NCBI RefSeq assembly: GCF_019232825.1
Contig: NZ_JAFAND010000118.1
Coordinates: forward strand, 7,498-71,497
Direction: 5' to 3'
DNA length: 64,000 nucleotides
From: Paludibacterium sp.
GTDB taxonomy: Bacteria; Pseudomonadota; Gammaproteobacteria; Burkholderiales; Chromobacteriaceae
Below are positions 19,394-27,258 of this stretch, piece by piece. The notes beneath the pieces are model-generated. The model searched no databases, had not been told where the DNA came from, and was given only the letters and a program-made list of their open reading frames with translations. Made by a program: the position numbers and the translations under genes. Positions within the stretch are counted from its first letter, which is position 1. Every line of letters begins with the position of its first letter.

Positions 19394-19855
19394 TCACGAC
19401 GGATTCGGTGCCGGCGGCAATATCACGAACTCGCCGTCGAAAGCGCCACCCTGCTCGCCATCGCATTCGAGCGTCGCCTGGATGGCGATACGCGCCATGC
19501 GGTTACGGGACAACAGCTTCACCAAGCGCGCCCAATCGGCGGCATCCGGCGCCACGCTCACGGCGGAGAAACCGCCGGCCATCGGCCGGTCGTAACGCAT
19601 TTGATTGGCGTGAATGACGATACGGCCATCCAACGCCGCATCGCTGAGACGCACGAACAACAGACTCCAAGCGGCCAGCGTCGCCAAGGTCGACGCACTG
19701 CCGCCAAAAACCGTGTCGCGGTGGTTGATGTTGGGTGCCAGCGGCGCATAAAGCACAACCCGCTCGGCGCTGGCTTCGCGCACAGACACCGCCATCGCCT
19801 TGGAAAGGGGAATATGTTCGTGCAGATACTGTTCTACGGTTTGCCGATACATCAT
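19394..19855 (-). CDS. YiiD_C-like hotdog-fold thioesterase
   Basis: About 153 aa from MMYRQTVEQYLHEHIPLSKAMAV..; the ..NINHRDTVFGGSASTLATLAAW.. region resembles the putative thioesterase (YiiD C-terminal) family. Confidence 0.72.
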   Translation of the reverse strand: MMYRQTVEQYLHEHIPLSKAMAVSVREASAERVVLYAPLAPNINHRDTVFGGSASTLATLAAWSLLFVRLSDAALDGRIVIHANQMRYDRPMAGGFSAVSVAPDAADWARLVKLLSRNRMARIAIQATLECDGEQGGAFDGEFVILPPAPNPS

Positions 19856-19944
19856 GGGTTCCTTGCACGACGGTCGGCCCATTGTGCCACAACAGGATTG
19901 CCGCATATTTCGATAAGGGCAATAAACCACAGATAGGAATATCT

Positions 19945-20127
19945 ATGGAACAATTAACCACATTACATTCGATACTACAGAATAAATTATTTATTATTGT
20001 TGTATTAATGGTGTATTTCACCAATAGGGTAAGCATGGATTGTATACAATTTGCCGCAGATCAAATCGGCCGCCCCGCCCTAGCCCTAGCATGCCAGCAC
20101 TGCATCAACACCCCTCATTCTTTCTAG
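19945..20127 (+). CDS. Candidate small ORF (60 codons; alternative 30-codon form from ATG 20035)
   Basis: MEQLTTLHSILQNKLFIIVVLMVYFTNRVSMDCIQFAADQIGRPALALACQHCINTPHSF. AGGAA lies 7 nt upstream and the stop is 12 nt before a strong intrinsic terminator. Codon usage in the first half is atypical, so coding status is uncertain. Confidence 0.3.
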   Translation: MEQLTTLHSILQNKLFIIVVLMVYFTNRVSMDCIQFAADQIGRPALALACQHCINTPHSF

Positions 20128-20139
20128 CGACAGCATTAC

Positions 20140-20171
20140 GCCACCGGCTTATACCGGTGGCGATTTTTTTT
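20140..20171 (+). terminator. Rho-independent terminator
   Basis: GCCACCGG-cttata-CCGGTGGC followed by GATTTTTTTT (8 T). Confidence 0.75.
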
Positions 20172-20281
20172 GCTCGCATCGATTCGAAATGTAGCATTAC
20201 TACAGAAACGAACGACAAGAGCACAAACCTGACATGGATCAAAAACCCTTCTATTCCTGGATTTTTGCAATCAAATTCGTA

Positions 20282-20310
20282 TTGACAGCGTCATTGCGCG
20301 TAGCAATACT
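20282..20310 (+). promoter_or_regulatory. Sigma-70-like promoter (TTGACA-17 bp-AATACT)
   Basis: Perfect -35 hexamer at 20282-20287, 17-bp spacer, and a -10-like AATACT at 20305-20310 in an AT-rich context. Confidence 0.4.
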
Positions 20311-20316
20311 ACAGTC

Positions 20317-20391
20317 AAAGTCTCATCCGACTTTACCAGGACAGAAGTCAAGAAAAGAGAAAGGCCCCGCGCAAGCGGGGCCTCTTCTTTT
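20317..20391 (+). ncRNA. Candidate small RNA (~75 nt), promoter to terminator
   Basis: Bounded by the promoter above and the hairpin AGGCCCCGC-gcaa-GCGGGGCCT plus CTTCTTTT. There is no credible ORF; the track ORF 20234-20458 reads through the terminator. Confidence 0.35.
20362..20391. terminator. Bidirectional intrinsic terminator (also serves mipA copy 1 on the minus strand)
   Basis: 9-bp GC stem with a GCAA loop. T-rich on the plus side (CTTCTTTT) and A-rich upstream, which gives TCTCTTTTCTT on the minus side. Lies 15 nt from the MipA stop. Confidence 0.7.
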
Positions 20392-20405
20392 GTCCCGCCC
20401 CATCG

Positions 20406-21185
20406 CTACCAGTTGTACTGCACCAAGCCGCCACCGGCACCGTAGCCGTGCGTTTTGACCAGCGGGCTATCCTGACTGCTGCCGAGCATGCGCAAATAGG
20501 CGGCGCGGCCAATCACTTGCCAATGCTTGTCGATGGGCACCAATAGCGTCAACCCGACGACCCCCTGACTCCAGCCGCCCCCCGCCTGATAGGCGGAGAA
20601 AGAGGTATTGGCCGCCTGCTCGGCGTTCACGCCGAACCAGCGTTGCATGTAGTGGCGATCGCCGGCCATCAGCGCACTGTTGAGCACCAGCACGGCGGAA
20701 GGGCGAGTCAGCAACGTATAGTCGACGCTCAAGGCCAATTGCTGTCCCTGCATGCCGCCTTTCAGATTGCTCAGATATTTGGCGCCCAGCTTCCAATCGC
20801 CTTGCTGGTAGCGCAACAACGCGCCCGCTTGTGCCGTGGCGCCGATATCGCCCATTCCTTCCAGCGAGGTGTCATGGTCGATGCGGCTACTCTGTGCGCG
20901 CCGGTCACTGGCGGCAAGCAACAATGCCAGCGACCAGTTCGGCGCCAGCTGCCACGCTTTGCCCATCCCATCACGGGTATCGACAAACCAGCCGTCGTCG
21001 CGAACGGCGCTCACCTGCCCCAGCCAGCGCACATGATCATATCGTCCGCCCATGACTTCCGGCGTCCAGGCGGCGCCAACGCCGGTACTCACCGCCCATG
21101 TCGGCGCCGATGCCGCCGGCTTGACCTCGTCGGCCCATGCCAACGCGCTGAGACCGCACAGGGCGAGCGCAAGGGGGTAACGCAT
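20406..21185 (-). CDS. MipA/OmpV family outer-membrane protein, copy 1
   Basis: 259 aa. Signal peptide MRYPLALALCGLSALAWA, beta-strand-rich, C-terminal ..GGGLVQYNW aromatic terminus. Paralog of 23429-24226. Confidence 0.85.
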   Translation of the reverse strand: MRYPLALALCGLSALAWADEVKPAASAPTWAVSTGVGAAWTPEVMGGRYDHVRWLGQVSAVRDDGWFVDTRDGMGKAWQLAPNWSLALLLAASDRRAQSSRIDHDTSLEGMGDIGATAQAGALLRYQQGDWKLGAKYLSNLKGGMQGQQLALSVDYTLLTRPSAVLVLNSALMAGDRHYMQRWFGVNAEQAANTSFSAYQAGGGWSQGVVGLTLLVPIDKHWQVIGRAAYLRMLGSSQDSPLVKTHGYGAGGGLVQYNW

Positions 21186-21245
21186 GCTGTTCTCCTCAAC
21201 CGCGCCAGAGAGGCCATCCTCTCCGGATCGAGGCCATTATCGGCG

Positions 21246-21277
21246 GCGCAACCTTGTCCGTAGCTAAGCGCAACCTT
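21246..21277. promoter_or_regulatory. Direct repeat GCGCAACCTT x2 (22-bp phasing), candidate response-regulator box
   Basis: Exact 10-mers at 21246-21255 and 21268-21277, in the divergent region between mipA copy 1 and the OmpR-family regulator. Confidence 0.35.
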
Positions 21278-21365
21278 TGCCGCGGCTTAACGACGACGCG
21301 AAGACCGATGGCGACCCACGGGCTTTGCGTTACCATGCGAATAACGGTTAATCGGCATATAGATC

Positions 21366-22022
21366 ATGCATATTTTGCTTATCGAGGACGATTTGGATCT
21401 CGGCTTCGCGCTACAACAAGCGTTGAAAGTTGAAGGCATCAGTAGCGAGTGGCGCCGCAACGTCCAGGATGCGCCGCAAACCCCGGCCGAGATCGAGCAC
21501 GATTGCGTCCTGCTCGATCTGACGCTGCCGGACGGCGATGGCCTGAGCCTGCTCGGCCGCTGGCGCAAGGCCGGCATCGCCACGCCGGTGATCGTCATCA
21601 CCGCCCGCTCGGCGCTGGAGGACCGCCTGGCCGGACTCGACGGCGGCGCCGACGATTTCATTCTTAAACCGTTTGCCATGCCGGAATTGATCTCGCGCAT
21701 CCGCGCCGTGCTGCGCCGCTACGCCCGCCAAGCCAGCGAAGTGTGGACACTGGGGGAACTGCAGATCATTCCGAGCCGGCGGGAGGCCCAGTTGAACGAC
21801 GCCCTGCTCGAACTCTCCCCGCGCGAATTCAATTTGCTACTGGAGCTCGCGCGCGAGGCCGGCAGCATCGTCGCAAAATCCGCGCTGGCGCAGCGGCTGG
21901 AGCCGCTGGGCGAACCGGTCGACTTTGGCGCGTTGGAAGTCCATATCTCCAACCTTCGGCGCAAGATCGGCGCCGAGCGTATCCGTACCGTGCGCGGCGT
22001 CGGCTATATGTTGCAATCATGA
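21366..22022 (+). CDS. OmpR/PhoB family response regulator
   Basis: 218 aa. Receiver (ILLIEDD..LLDLTLPDGDG..) plus winged helix (..RTVRGVGYMLQS). ATGA overlap with the kinase gene. Confidence 0.9.
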   Translation: MHILLIEDDLDLGFALQQALKVEGISSEWRRNVQDAPQTPAEIEHDCVLLDLTLPDGDGLSLLGRWRKAGIATPVIVITARSALEDRLAGLDGGADDFILKPFAMPELISRIRAVLRRYARQASEVWTLGELQIIPSRREAQLNDALLELSPREFNLLLELAREAGSIVAKSALAQRLEPLGEPVDFGALEVHISNLRRKIGAERIRTVRGVGYMLQS

Positions 22023-23407
22023 AGGCGCCTGGACATTTCTTGCGGCCAAGCCTGCTGCGGCGGGTGGTTTGGACGGTCTTCGCCAGCTTCGTGCTGGTTT
22101 GGCTCGTCCTGGTGGTATGGAAATATGTGGAACTCAAGTTTGAGACCGACAAAGATCTGAGCAAGACCTCTCAACATATCGGCAAACTGCTGATGCCATT
22201 AAGCGACCGCACCTATCTTGCCAGCGAGACCAAGGCCATTTCCGACATCATCAATGAGGCATACCGGCAGAGCGATGTGCCCGACCCCTACCTGGTCATG
22301 CTGTATGCGCCGGACGGCACACGGCTGTTCCGCTCGCACAGCAACGGGGAATTGGTGCCGCGCGCGCGCGACAACGTCATCGAAACGGTACGCATCGGCG
22401 AACTCGACTACCACATACTGCAAACGCGCGGGCCGCACTGGATATTGATATTGGCCAGCCCTTCCTTCCGGGCGCAATGGGTATTCATTCAAACAAGCAA
22501 GGACATCTGGACACGAGTCCTGCTGGCGTTCGCCATCATTCTGCTGGCACTGTCCGTTGCCGTCTGGGGCGGCCTGAGGCCGCTGCAAAAGCTCTCGCGC
22601 CTCATTGCCGCGCGTCATCCGGACGACCTTGCGCCCTTGGCGTTCAACGCCCGGCACGCCGAACTGGTCCCGCTGGTCGAAGCGCTCGACCGCCTGCTCG
22701 CCGCGCTCAAGTTGAAGATCGAACGCGAGCGCGCCTTCGTGCAGGACGCGGCGCATGAGCTGCGCACGCCGATCGCGGTCATTTCCGCCGAAGCGCACGT
22801 GCTGAGCAACCCAGGCGCCTGCGACGCGACCGAAGCCGGCGCGCGCATGAACCACGCGGTGGCGCGCACCACGGCGCTGATCGATAAGCTATTGGAAATG
22901 GCGCGGCTGGACGACCAGCGCCCGGTGCTGGCGCAACGCTGCGACTTGGCCGCCATCGTGCGCGAGGAGATCGCTGGCGCGCTCCCTCGTGCGATAGCCA
23001 AACAACAAGAGGTGTCGTTCGATGGGCCTGAGCAATTGCCGCTCGACATCGAACCGGCGGCCTTCCATTCCATCATCCAAAACCTGCTGCACAACGCGCT
23101 GGCCTACGTACAGGATGGCGGCCGCATCGAGGTACGGCTGGGCGTCAGGCACCAGAAGGTCGATCTGACGGTCTGGGACGATGGCCCCGGCATCGCGCCG
23201 GCGGATCGCGTACAGGTGTTCGAGCGCTTCCATCGCGGTTCGGGGCATGCAAGCCCCGGCTCCGGATTAGGCTTGGCCATCGTGCGTCAAGCCGCGCACC
23301 GCCTGCGCGGCACGGTCGCGCTCAGCGATGGGCTCGACGGGCGCGGCTGCTGCTTCCGCGTGCGCTTCCCCCTGCCCGCGCCGCTAGCGCCCATCTGCAA
23401 ATCCTAG
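22019..23407 (+). CDS. Sensor histidine kinase (two TM segments, HAMP, HisKA, HATPase_c)
   Basis: Starts at MKAPGHFLRPSLLRRVVWTVFASFVLVWLVLVV. H-box AAHELRTPIAVIS and G-box GSGLGLAIV. The track start at 21743 is an out-of-context extension inside the regulator gene. Confidence 0.88.
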   Translation: MKAPGHFLRPSLLRRVVWTVFASFVLVWLVLVVWKYVELKFETDKDLSKTSQHIGKLLMPLSDRTYLASETKAISDIINEAYRQSDVPDPYLVMLYAPDGTRLFRSHSNGELVPRARDNVIETVRIGELDYHILQTRGPHWILILASPSFRAQWVFIQTSKDIWTRVLLAFAIILLALSVAVWGGLRPLQKLSRLIAARHPDDLAPLAFNARHAELVPLVEALDRLLAALKLKIERERAFVQDAAHELRTPIAVISAEAHVLSNPGACDATEAGARMNHAVARTTALIDKLLEMARLDDQRPVLAQRCDLAAIVREEIAGALPRAIAKQQEVSFDGPEQLPLDIEPAAFHSIIQNLLHNALAYVQDGGRIEVRLGVRHQKVDLTVWDDGPGIAPADRVQVFERFHRGSGHASPGSGLGLAIVRQAAHRLRGTVALSDGLDGRGCCFRVRFPLPAPLAPICKS

Positions 23408-23428
23408 GACTGGCGAACAGACTTGAAG

Positions 23429-24226
23429 CTACCAAGCGTATTGCGCCAGCGCGGTCGCTGTGCCGTAGCCATGATTTCTGATCAGCGGACTATCTTCCGT
23501 GTGGCCGAGCTGGCGCACGTAGCTCACGCGCCCCACGGCTTGCCAATGGCGGTCGATCGGCAACAGCAGCGTCGCCCCGAGCGAGCCCTGCGTCCAACCG
23601 GCGCCGGTCCGATAAGCGGCAAACGGCGTCTTCGCCGCCTGTTCGTCACTGACGCCGAACCAGCGTTGGGAATAATGGCTGTCACCGGCGGTGAGCGCGC
23701 TATTGAGCGTCAGCGCCGCGGACGGACTTTTCAGGATTGTGTAATCGGCACCGAGCTTCAACTGCTGCCCCGGTTGGCCGTGTTTCAGATTGCCCAAGTA
23801 CCGGGCCTGCCATTGCCAGTTGCCAAGCTGGTAGGTCATCGCCAAACCAGCCTGCACGACACGATCGATGTCGCCCATGCCGCTGAGCGTGGTGTCGCGG
23901 TCGATCTTGGCGCTTTCCTCGCGCGCGTCGCTCACGGCGAAGAACGTGGATAGGACCAAATCCGGCGATAGCTGCCACTTCTTGCCCGCGCCATCTTGAA
24001 GGTTAAAAAACCAACCGTCGCGATGCTCGACGTCCAGATTCGGCACCGGGCGCGCACGGTAAAACGACCCGCCCATCACCTCGGGCTTCCAGCTCACGCC
24101 CGCCCCGGCGGTCACGCGCCAATCGGACGACGGTTTGCCGTCATGGGTCATGGCGGCGGCCGGCACGTTTGCCAGGAAAAGGGCGCCCAGCGCACACACG
24201 GCCAGGGGCAACGAATCACGCATCAT
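23429..24226 (-). CDS. MipA/OmpV family outer-membrane protein, copy 2
   Basis: 265 aa. Signal peptide, alignable along its full length with copy 1 (..W.PEVMGG.., ..DGWF.., ..LAQYAW terminus). Its stop is 21 nt from the kinase stop (convergent). Confidence 0.85.
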   Translation of the reverse strand: MMRDSLPLAVCALGALFLANVPAAAMTHDGKPSSDWRVTAGAGVSWKPEVMGGSFYRARPVPNLDVEHRDGWFFNLQDGAGKKWQLSPDLVLSTFFAVSDAREESAKIDRDTTLSGMGDIDRVVQAGLAMTYQLGNWQWQARYLGNLKHGQPGQQLKLGADYTILKSPSAALTLNSALTAGDSHYSQRWFGVSDEQAAKTPFAAYRTGAGWTQGSLGATLLLPIDRHWQAVGRVSYVRQLGHTEDSPLIRNHGYGTATALAQYAW

Positions 24227-24319
24227 CTACTCCGTAGGTTATTTCTGATGCGTAATCGTGGACGACCGGCTGGCTGTGCTAAATCGGATTTGTCTGGTTT
24301 TGCGTGAGGGGCAATCAAG

Positions 24320-24350
24320 AAAATCGGCGCCTCGCCGAGGCGCCGATTTT
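24320..24350. terminator. Bidirectional intrinsic terminator downstream of narI
   Basis: AAAATCGGCGCCT-cgccg-AGGCGCCGATTTT, a 13-bp stem with A/T runs on both sides, 8 nt from the narI stop. Confidence 0.75.
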
Positions 24351-24358
24351 CGCTTACG

Positions 24359-25042
24359 TCAGCGCGGGCGCACCAACTGCCAAGCGCGCGTCAGATAGGT
24401 GACGCTGGCGAAACCGCTCCAGCTGTGCACCATGCGCGTGAAGGGGAACAACATGAAAAAAGTCAGACCGCAGAAAATGTGCAGCCTGAATACCCATGGC
24501 GCGCCTACCACCAGGTTGGCGGCGTCGCCTCGGAAAGTCAGGATATGTTGCGCCCACAGCATGAAGGTCAGCATGGTTTGGCCGTCCAGGTGCTGCGCGG
24601 ACTCGGGGATGGTCGCCAAACCCAGGCTCAGCGTCAGCAACAGCCACGGCAGCAGAATCTTGTCGCGCAAGGCGGTCTGGGCGGCCAGCCGCTCGTTGCC
24701 GAGCCGGCGCGCGAGCAAAATCAGCAAACCGATCAGCCCCATGCCCCCCAGCACGCCGCCCGCCCCCATGGCGATCAATTGCTTGGCCGTCAGCGGCACA
24801 CCGAGGAATTCCCATACCGCGATCGGCGTCAGCAAGCCGCCCAGGTGGCCGAGAAACACGCCGATCACCCCAATGTGAAACAGGTTCGACCCCAGGCGCA
24901 GCGGGCCGCGATACAGAAATTGCGACGACTCGGCGCGCCAGGTGTACTGCTCGCGCTCGAAACGCACCAGGCTGCCGAGCAGAAACACCGCCAGGGCGAT
25001 GTACGGGTAAATGCCGAACACAAACAGATGCAGGTAATTCAT
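24359..25042 (-). CDS. narI: Respiratory nitrate reductase gamma subunit
   Basis: 227 aa. N-terminus MNYLHLFVFGIYPYIALAVFLLGSLVRF, 5 TM segments, conserved heme-ligand His residues. Confidence 0.93.
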   Translation of the reverse strand: MNYLHLFVFGIYPYIALAVFLLGSLVRFEREQYTWRAESSQFLYRGPLRLGSNLFHIGVIGVFLGHLGGLLTPIAVWEFLGVPLTAKQLIAMGAGGVLGGMGLIGLLILLARRLGNERLAAQTALRDKILLPWLLLTLSLGLATIPESAQHLDGQTMLTFMLWAQHILTFRGDAANLVVGAPWVFRLHIFCGLTFFMLFPFTRMVHSWSGFASVTYLTRAWQLVRPR

Positions 25043-25044
25043 GA

Positions 25045-25692
25045 TCAGGCTCCTTGCCGCTCGGGGCGCGGGTGAAAGCGGATGGTCTGGGTCGCGGGCT
25101 GCGGCGCGAGCAGCGGCTCCATGCCGTCGAGACCGCCGCCGAAACGCGCCATGGCTTCATCCATGTCGCGCACGGGCGGCACACCGATCGGCAACGGCTC
25201 GATGGGGCTCAAGGCGACGAGCGCGTCAAACACCCCGGCGTAGGGGCTTTGCGCCGCGGCCAACCGCTCGCCCACCGCGGCGATGACGTGCACCGCCTCG
25301 CCCAACAGCGCGCCGGCTTCCGCTGCCGGCAGCTGCGCGAGAAACTCGAGGAACAGCGGCAGAAAATCCGGCAACTCGTCGGCGGCGATGAAAAAACCGT
25401 GCTCGCTATAGGTGCCCATCAAACTGACCATGGCCTCGCCACGTTCGCGGCTCTCGCCGTAGACGTGCTCGAACAGGTGCAGACTGAGGCTGCGATTGCG
25501 GTCGAACTGGTCGACGTACTGCGTCTGCAAATCGATCAGCGACTCGCTTTGCATGTGGTACAAGAGCGGCGCGACCGGCAAGGCGACATCGTCCGGCAAC
25601 CGGGCGGCGCGGGCGCGGATCTCGGGCAGCGCCGACACCAGATCGGCTTCCGGGTATTGCAACAGCACGGACAATAAAGAAAAGGCGTTCAT
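25045..25692 (-). CDS. narJ: Nitrate reductase molybdenum cofactor assembly chaperone
   Basis: 215 aa, NarJ-like (LLSVLLQYPEADL.., LPDFLPLFLEFLA). Lies between narH and narI. Confidence 0.9.
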   Translation of the reverse strand: MNAFSLLSVLLQYPEADLVSALPEIRARAARLPDDVALPVAPLLYHMQSESLIDLQTQYVDQFDRNRSLSLHLFEHVYGESRERGEAMVSLMGTYSEHGFFIAADELPDFLPLFLEFLAQLPAAEAGALLGEAVHVIAAVGERLAAAQSPYAGVFDALVALSPIEPLPIGVPPVRDMDEAMARFGGGLDGMEPLLAPQPATQTIRFHPRPERQGA

Positions 25693-25700
25693 GGTCGCTC

Positions 25701-27248
25701 CTACTGGTGGGCCTTCTTGCGCGACTTCGGCATGTCGGCGAAGAACACCGAACCCTGCTTCTTCTTGCCGAACAGCGTGCCGTCGGACACGCCGCCCGAG
25801 CAGCCGTTGCCAAAAGTGAAACCGCAGCTGCCCTTCTCGTTGAAGCTGTCTTCCACCATTTCCTTGTGGCTCGACGGAATCACGAAACGGTCTTCATAGT
25901 TGGCGATGGCCATGGTGCGGTACATGTCTTCCACCTGCTCGCGCGACAGTCCGACTTGCGCCAGCACCTCGCCCGCCTCGCGCTGTTCGACATGGCGGGC
26001 GCGCATATAGGCGCGCATGGCCAGCATGCGGTCGAGCGCGTGGCGCACCGGCTCCTCCTCGCCCGCGGTCAGCAGGTTGGCCAGATAACGCAGCGGAATG
26101 CGCAGCTCGCTCACGTCGGGCAGGATGCCGTTCTTGCCCATTACGCCGCTTTGCACCGCCTTTTGGATCGGCGACAGCGGCGGGATGTACCAGACCATCG
26201 GCAACGTGCGGTATTCCGGATGCAGCGGGAAGGCCACGCGCCATTCGACCGCCATGCGGTACACCGGCGAGCGCTTGGCGGCGTCGAGCCAGCTGTCGGG
26301 AATGCCTTGACGGCGGGCTTCCTCGATCACCGTCGGATCGTTCGGGTCGAGGAACACGTCCAGCTGCGACCGATACAGGTCCTGCTCGTCGGCGACACTC
26401 GCCGCGTCGGCGATGCGGTCGGCGTCGTACAGCATCACGCCCAGATAGCGGATACGGCCCACACACGATTCCGAACATACGGTCGGCTGGCCGGCCTCCA
26501 GGCGCGGATAACAGAAGGTGCACTTCTCGGCCTTGCCCGATTCCCAGTTGAAATAGATCTTCTTATACGGACAGCCGGAGATGCACATCCGCCAGCCGCG
26601 GCACTTATCCTGGTCAACCAGCACGATGCCGTCGTCCTCGCGCTTGTACACCGAGCCCGACGGGCAGGACGCGACGCATGTCGGATTGAGGCAGTGCTCG
26701 CACAAGCGCGGCAGATACATCATGAAGGTGTTCTCGAAGGTGGCGTACATCTCCTTCTCCACCGCCTTGAACAGCTGGTCGCGGCTGCGCTTGGCGAATT
26801 CGCCGCCCAGATCGTCTTCCCAATTCGGGCCGCCGACGATCTTGTCCATCTTTTTGCCGGTCAACACCGACACCGGACGCGCCGTCGGCGGCGCCTTCAT
26901 CGCAGGCGCGTTTTGCAGATGCTCGTAGTCGTAAGTGAACGGCTCGTAGTAGTCGTCGATCTGCGGCAGGTTCGGGTTGGCGAAGATGTTGGACAGAATC
27001 TTCATCCGGCTGCCCTGGCGCGGCTCGAGCTTGCCCTCGGCGGTACGGCGCCAGCCGCCCTGCCACTTGTCCTGGTTTTCCCACTCGCTGGGGAAGCCGA
27101 CGCCCGGCTTGGTCTCGACGTTGTTGAACCAGGCGTATTCCACGCCGTCGCGGCTCGTCCAGACGTTCTTGCAGGTTACCGAACAGGTATGGCAGCCGAT
27201 GCACTTGTCCAGATTCAGCACCATCGCCACTTGCGCACGAATTTTCAT
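25701..27248 (-). CDS. narH: Respiratory nitrate reductase beta subunit
   Basis: 515 aa. MKIRAQVAMVLNLDKCIGCHTCSVTCKNVW plus further Cys clusters (CEHCLNPTCVASCPSG, CRGWRMCISGCPYKK). Confidence 0.95.
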   Translation of the reverse strand: MKIRAQVAMVLNLDKCIGCHTCSVTCKNVWTSRDGVEYAWFNNVETKPGVGFPSEWENQDKWQGGWRRTAEGKLEPRQGSRMKILSNIFANPNLPQIDDYYEPFTYDYEHLQNAPAMKAPPTARPVSVLTGKKMDKIVGGPNWEDDLGGEFAKRSRDQLFKAVEKEMYATFENTFMMYLPRLCEHCLNPTCVASCPSGSVYKREDDGIVLVDQDKCRGWRMCISGCPYKKIYFNWESGKAEKCTFCYPRLEAGQPTVCSESCVGRIRYLGVMLYDADRIADAASVADEQDLYRSQLDVFLDPNDPTVIEEARRQGIPDSWLDAAKRSPVYRMAVEWRVAFPLHPEYRTLPMVWYIPPLSPIQKAVQSGVMGKNGILPDVSELRIPLRYLANLLTAGEEEPVRHALDRMLAMRAYMRARHVEQREAGEVLAQVGLSREQVEDMYRTMAIANYEDRFVIPSSHKEMVEDSFNEKGSCGFTFGNGCSGGVSDGTLFGKKKQGSVFFADMPKSRKKAHQ

Positions 27249-27258
27249 GGTTGTCTCC

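Noticed and set aside
19945-20391. Type I toxin-antitoxin interpretation (small hydrophobic ORF plus neighbouring sRNA).
   Set aside because: The sRNA candidate is on the same strand and downstream, not antisense. The shared ATACTACAG motif is in the same orientation, so it offers no base-pairing. The hydrophobic stretch exists only in the longer, poorly supported 60-codon reading.
20234-20458. 74-codon plus-strand ORF in the AT-rich island.
   Set aside because: It reads straight through a strong intrinsic terminator hairpin and into the antisense of mipA. It has no SD, so the region is better explained as an sRNA candidate plus terminator.
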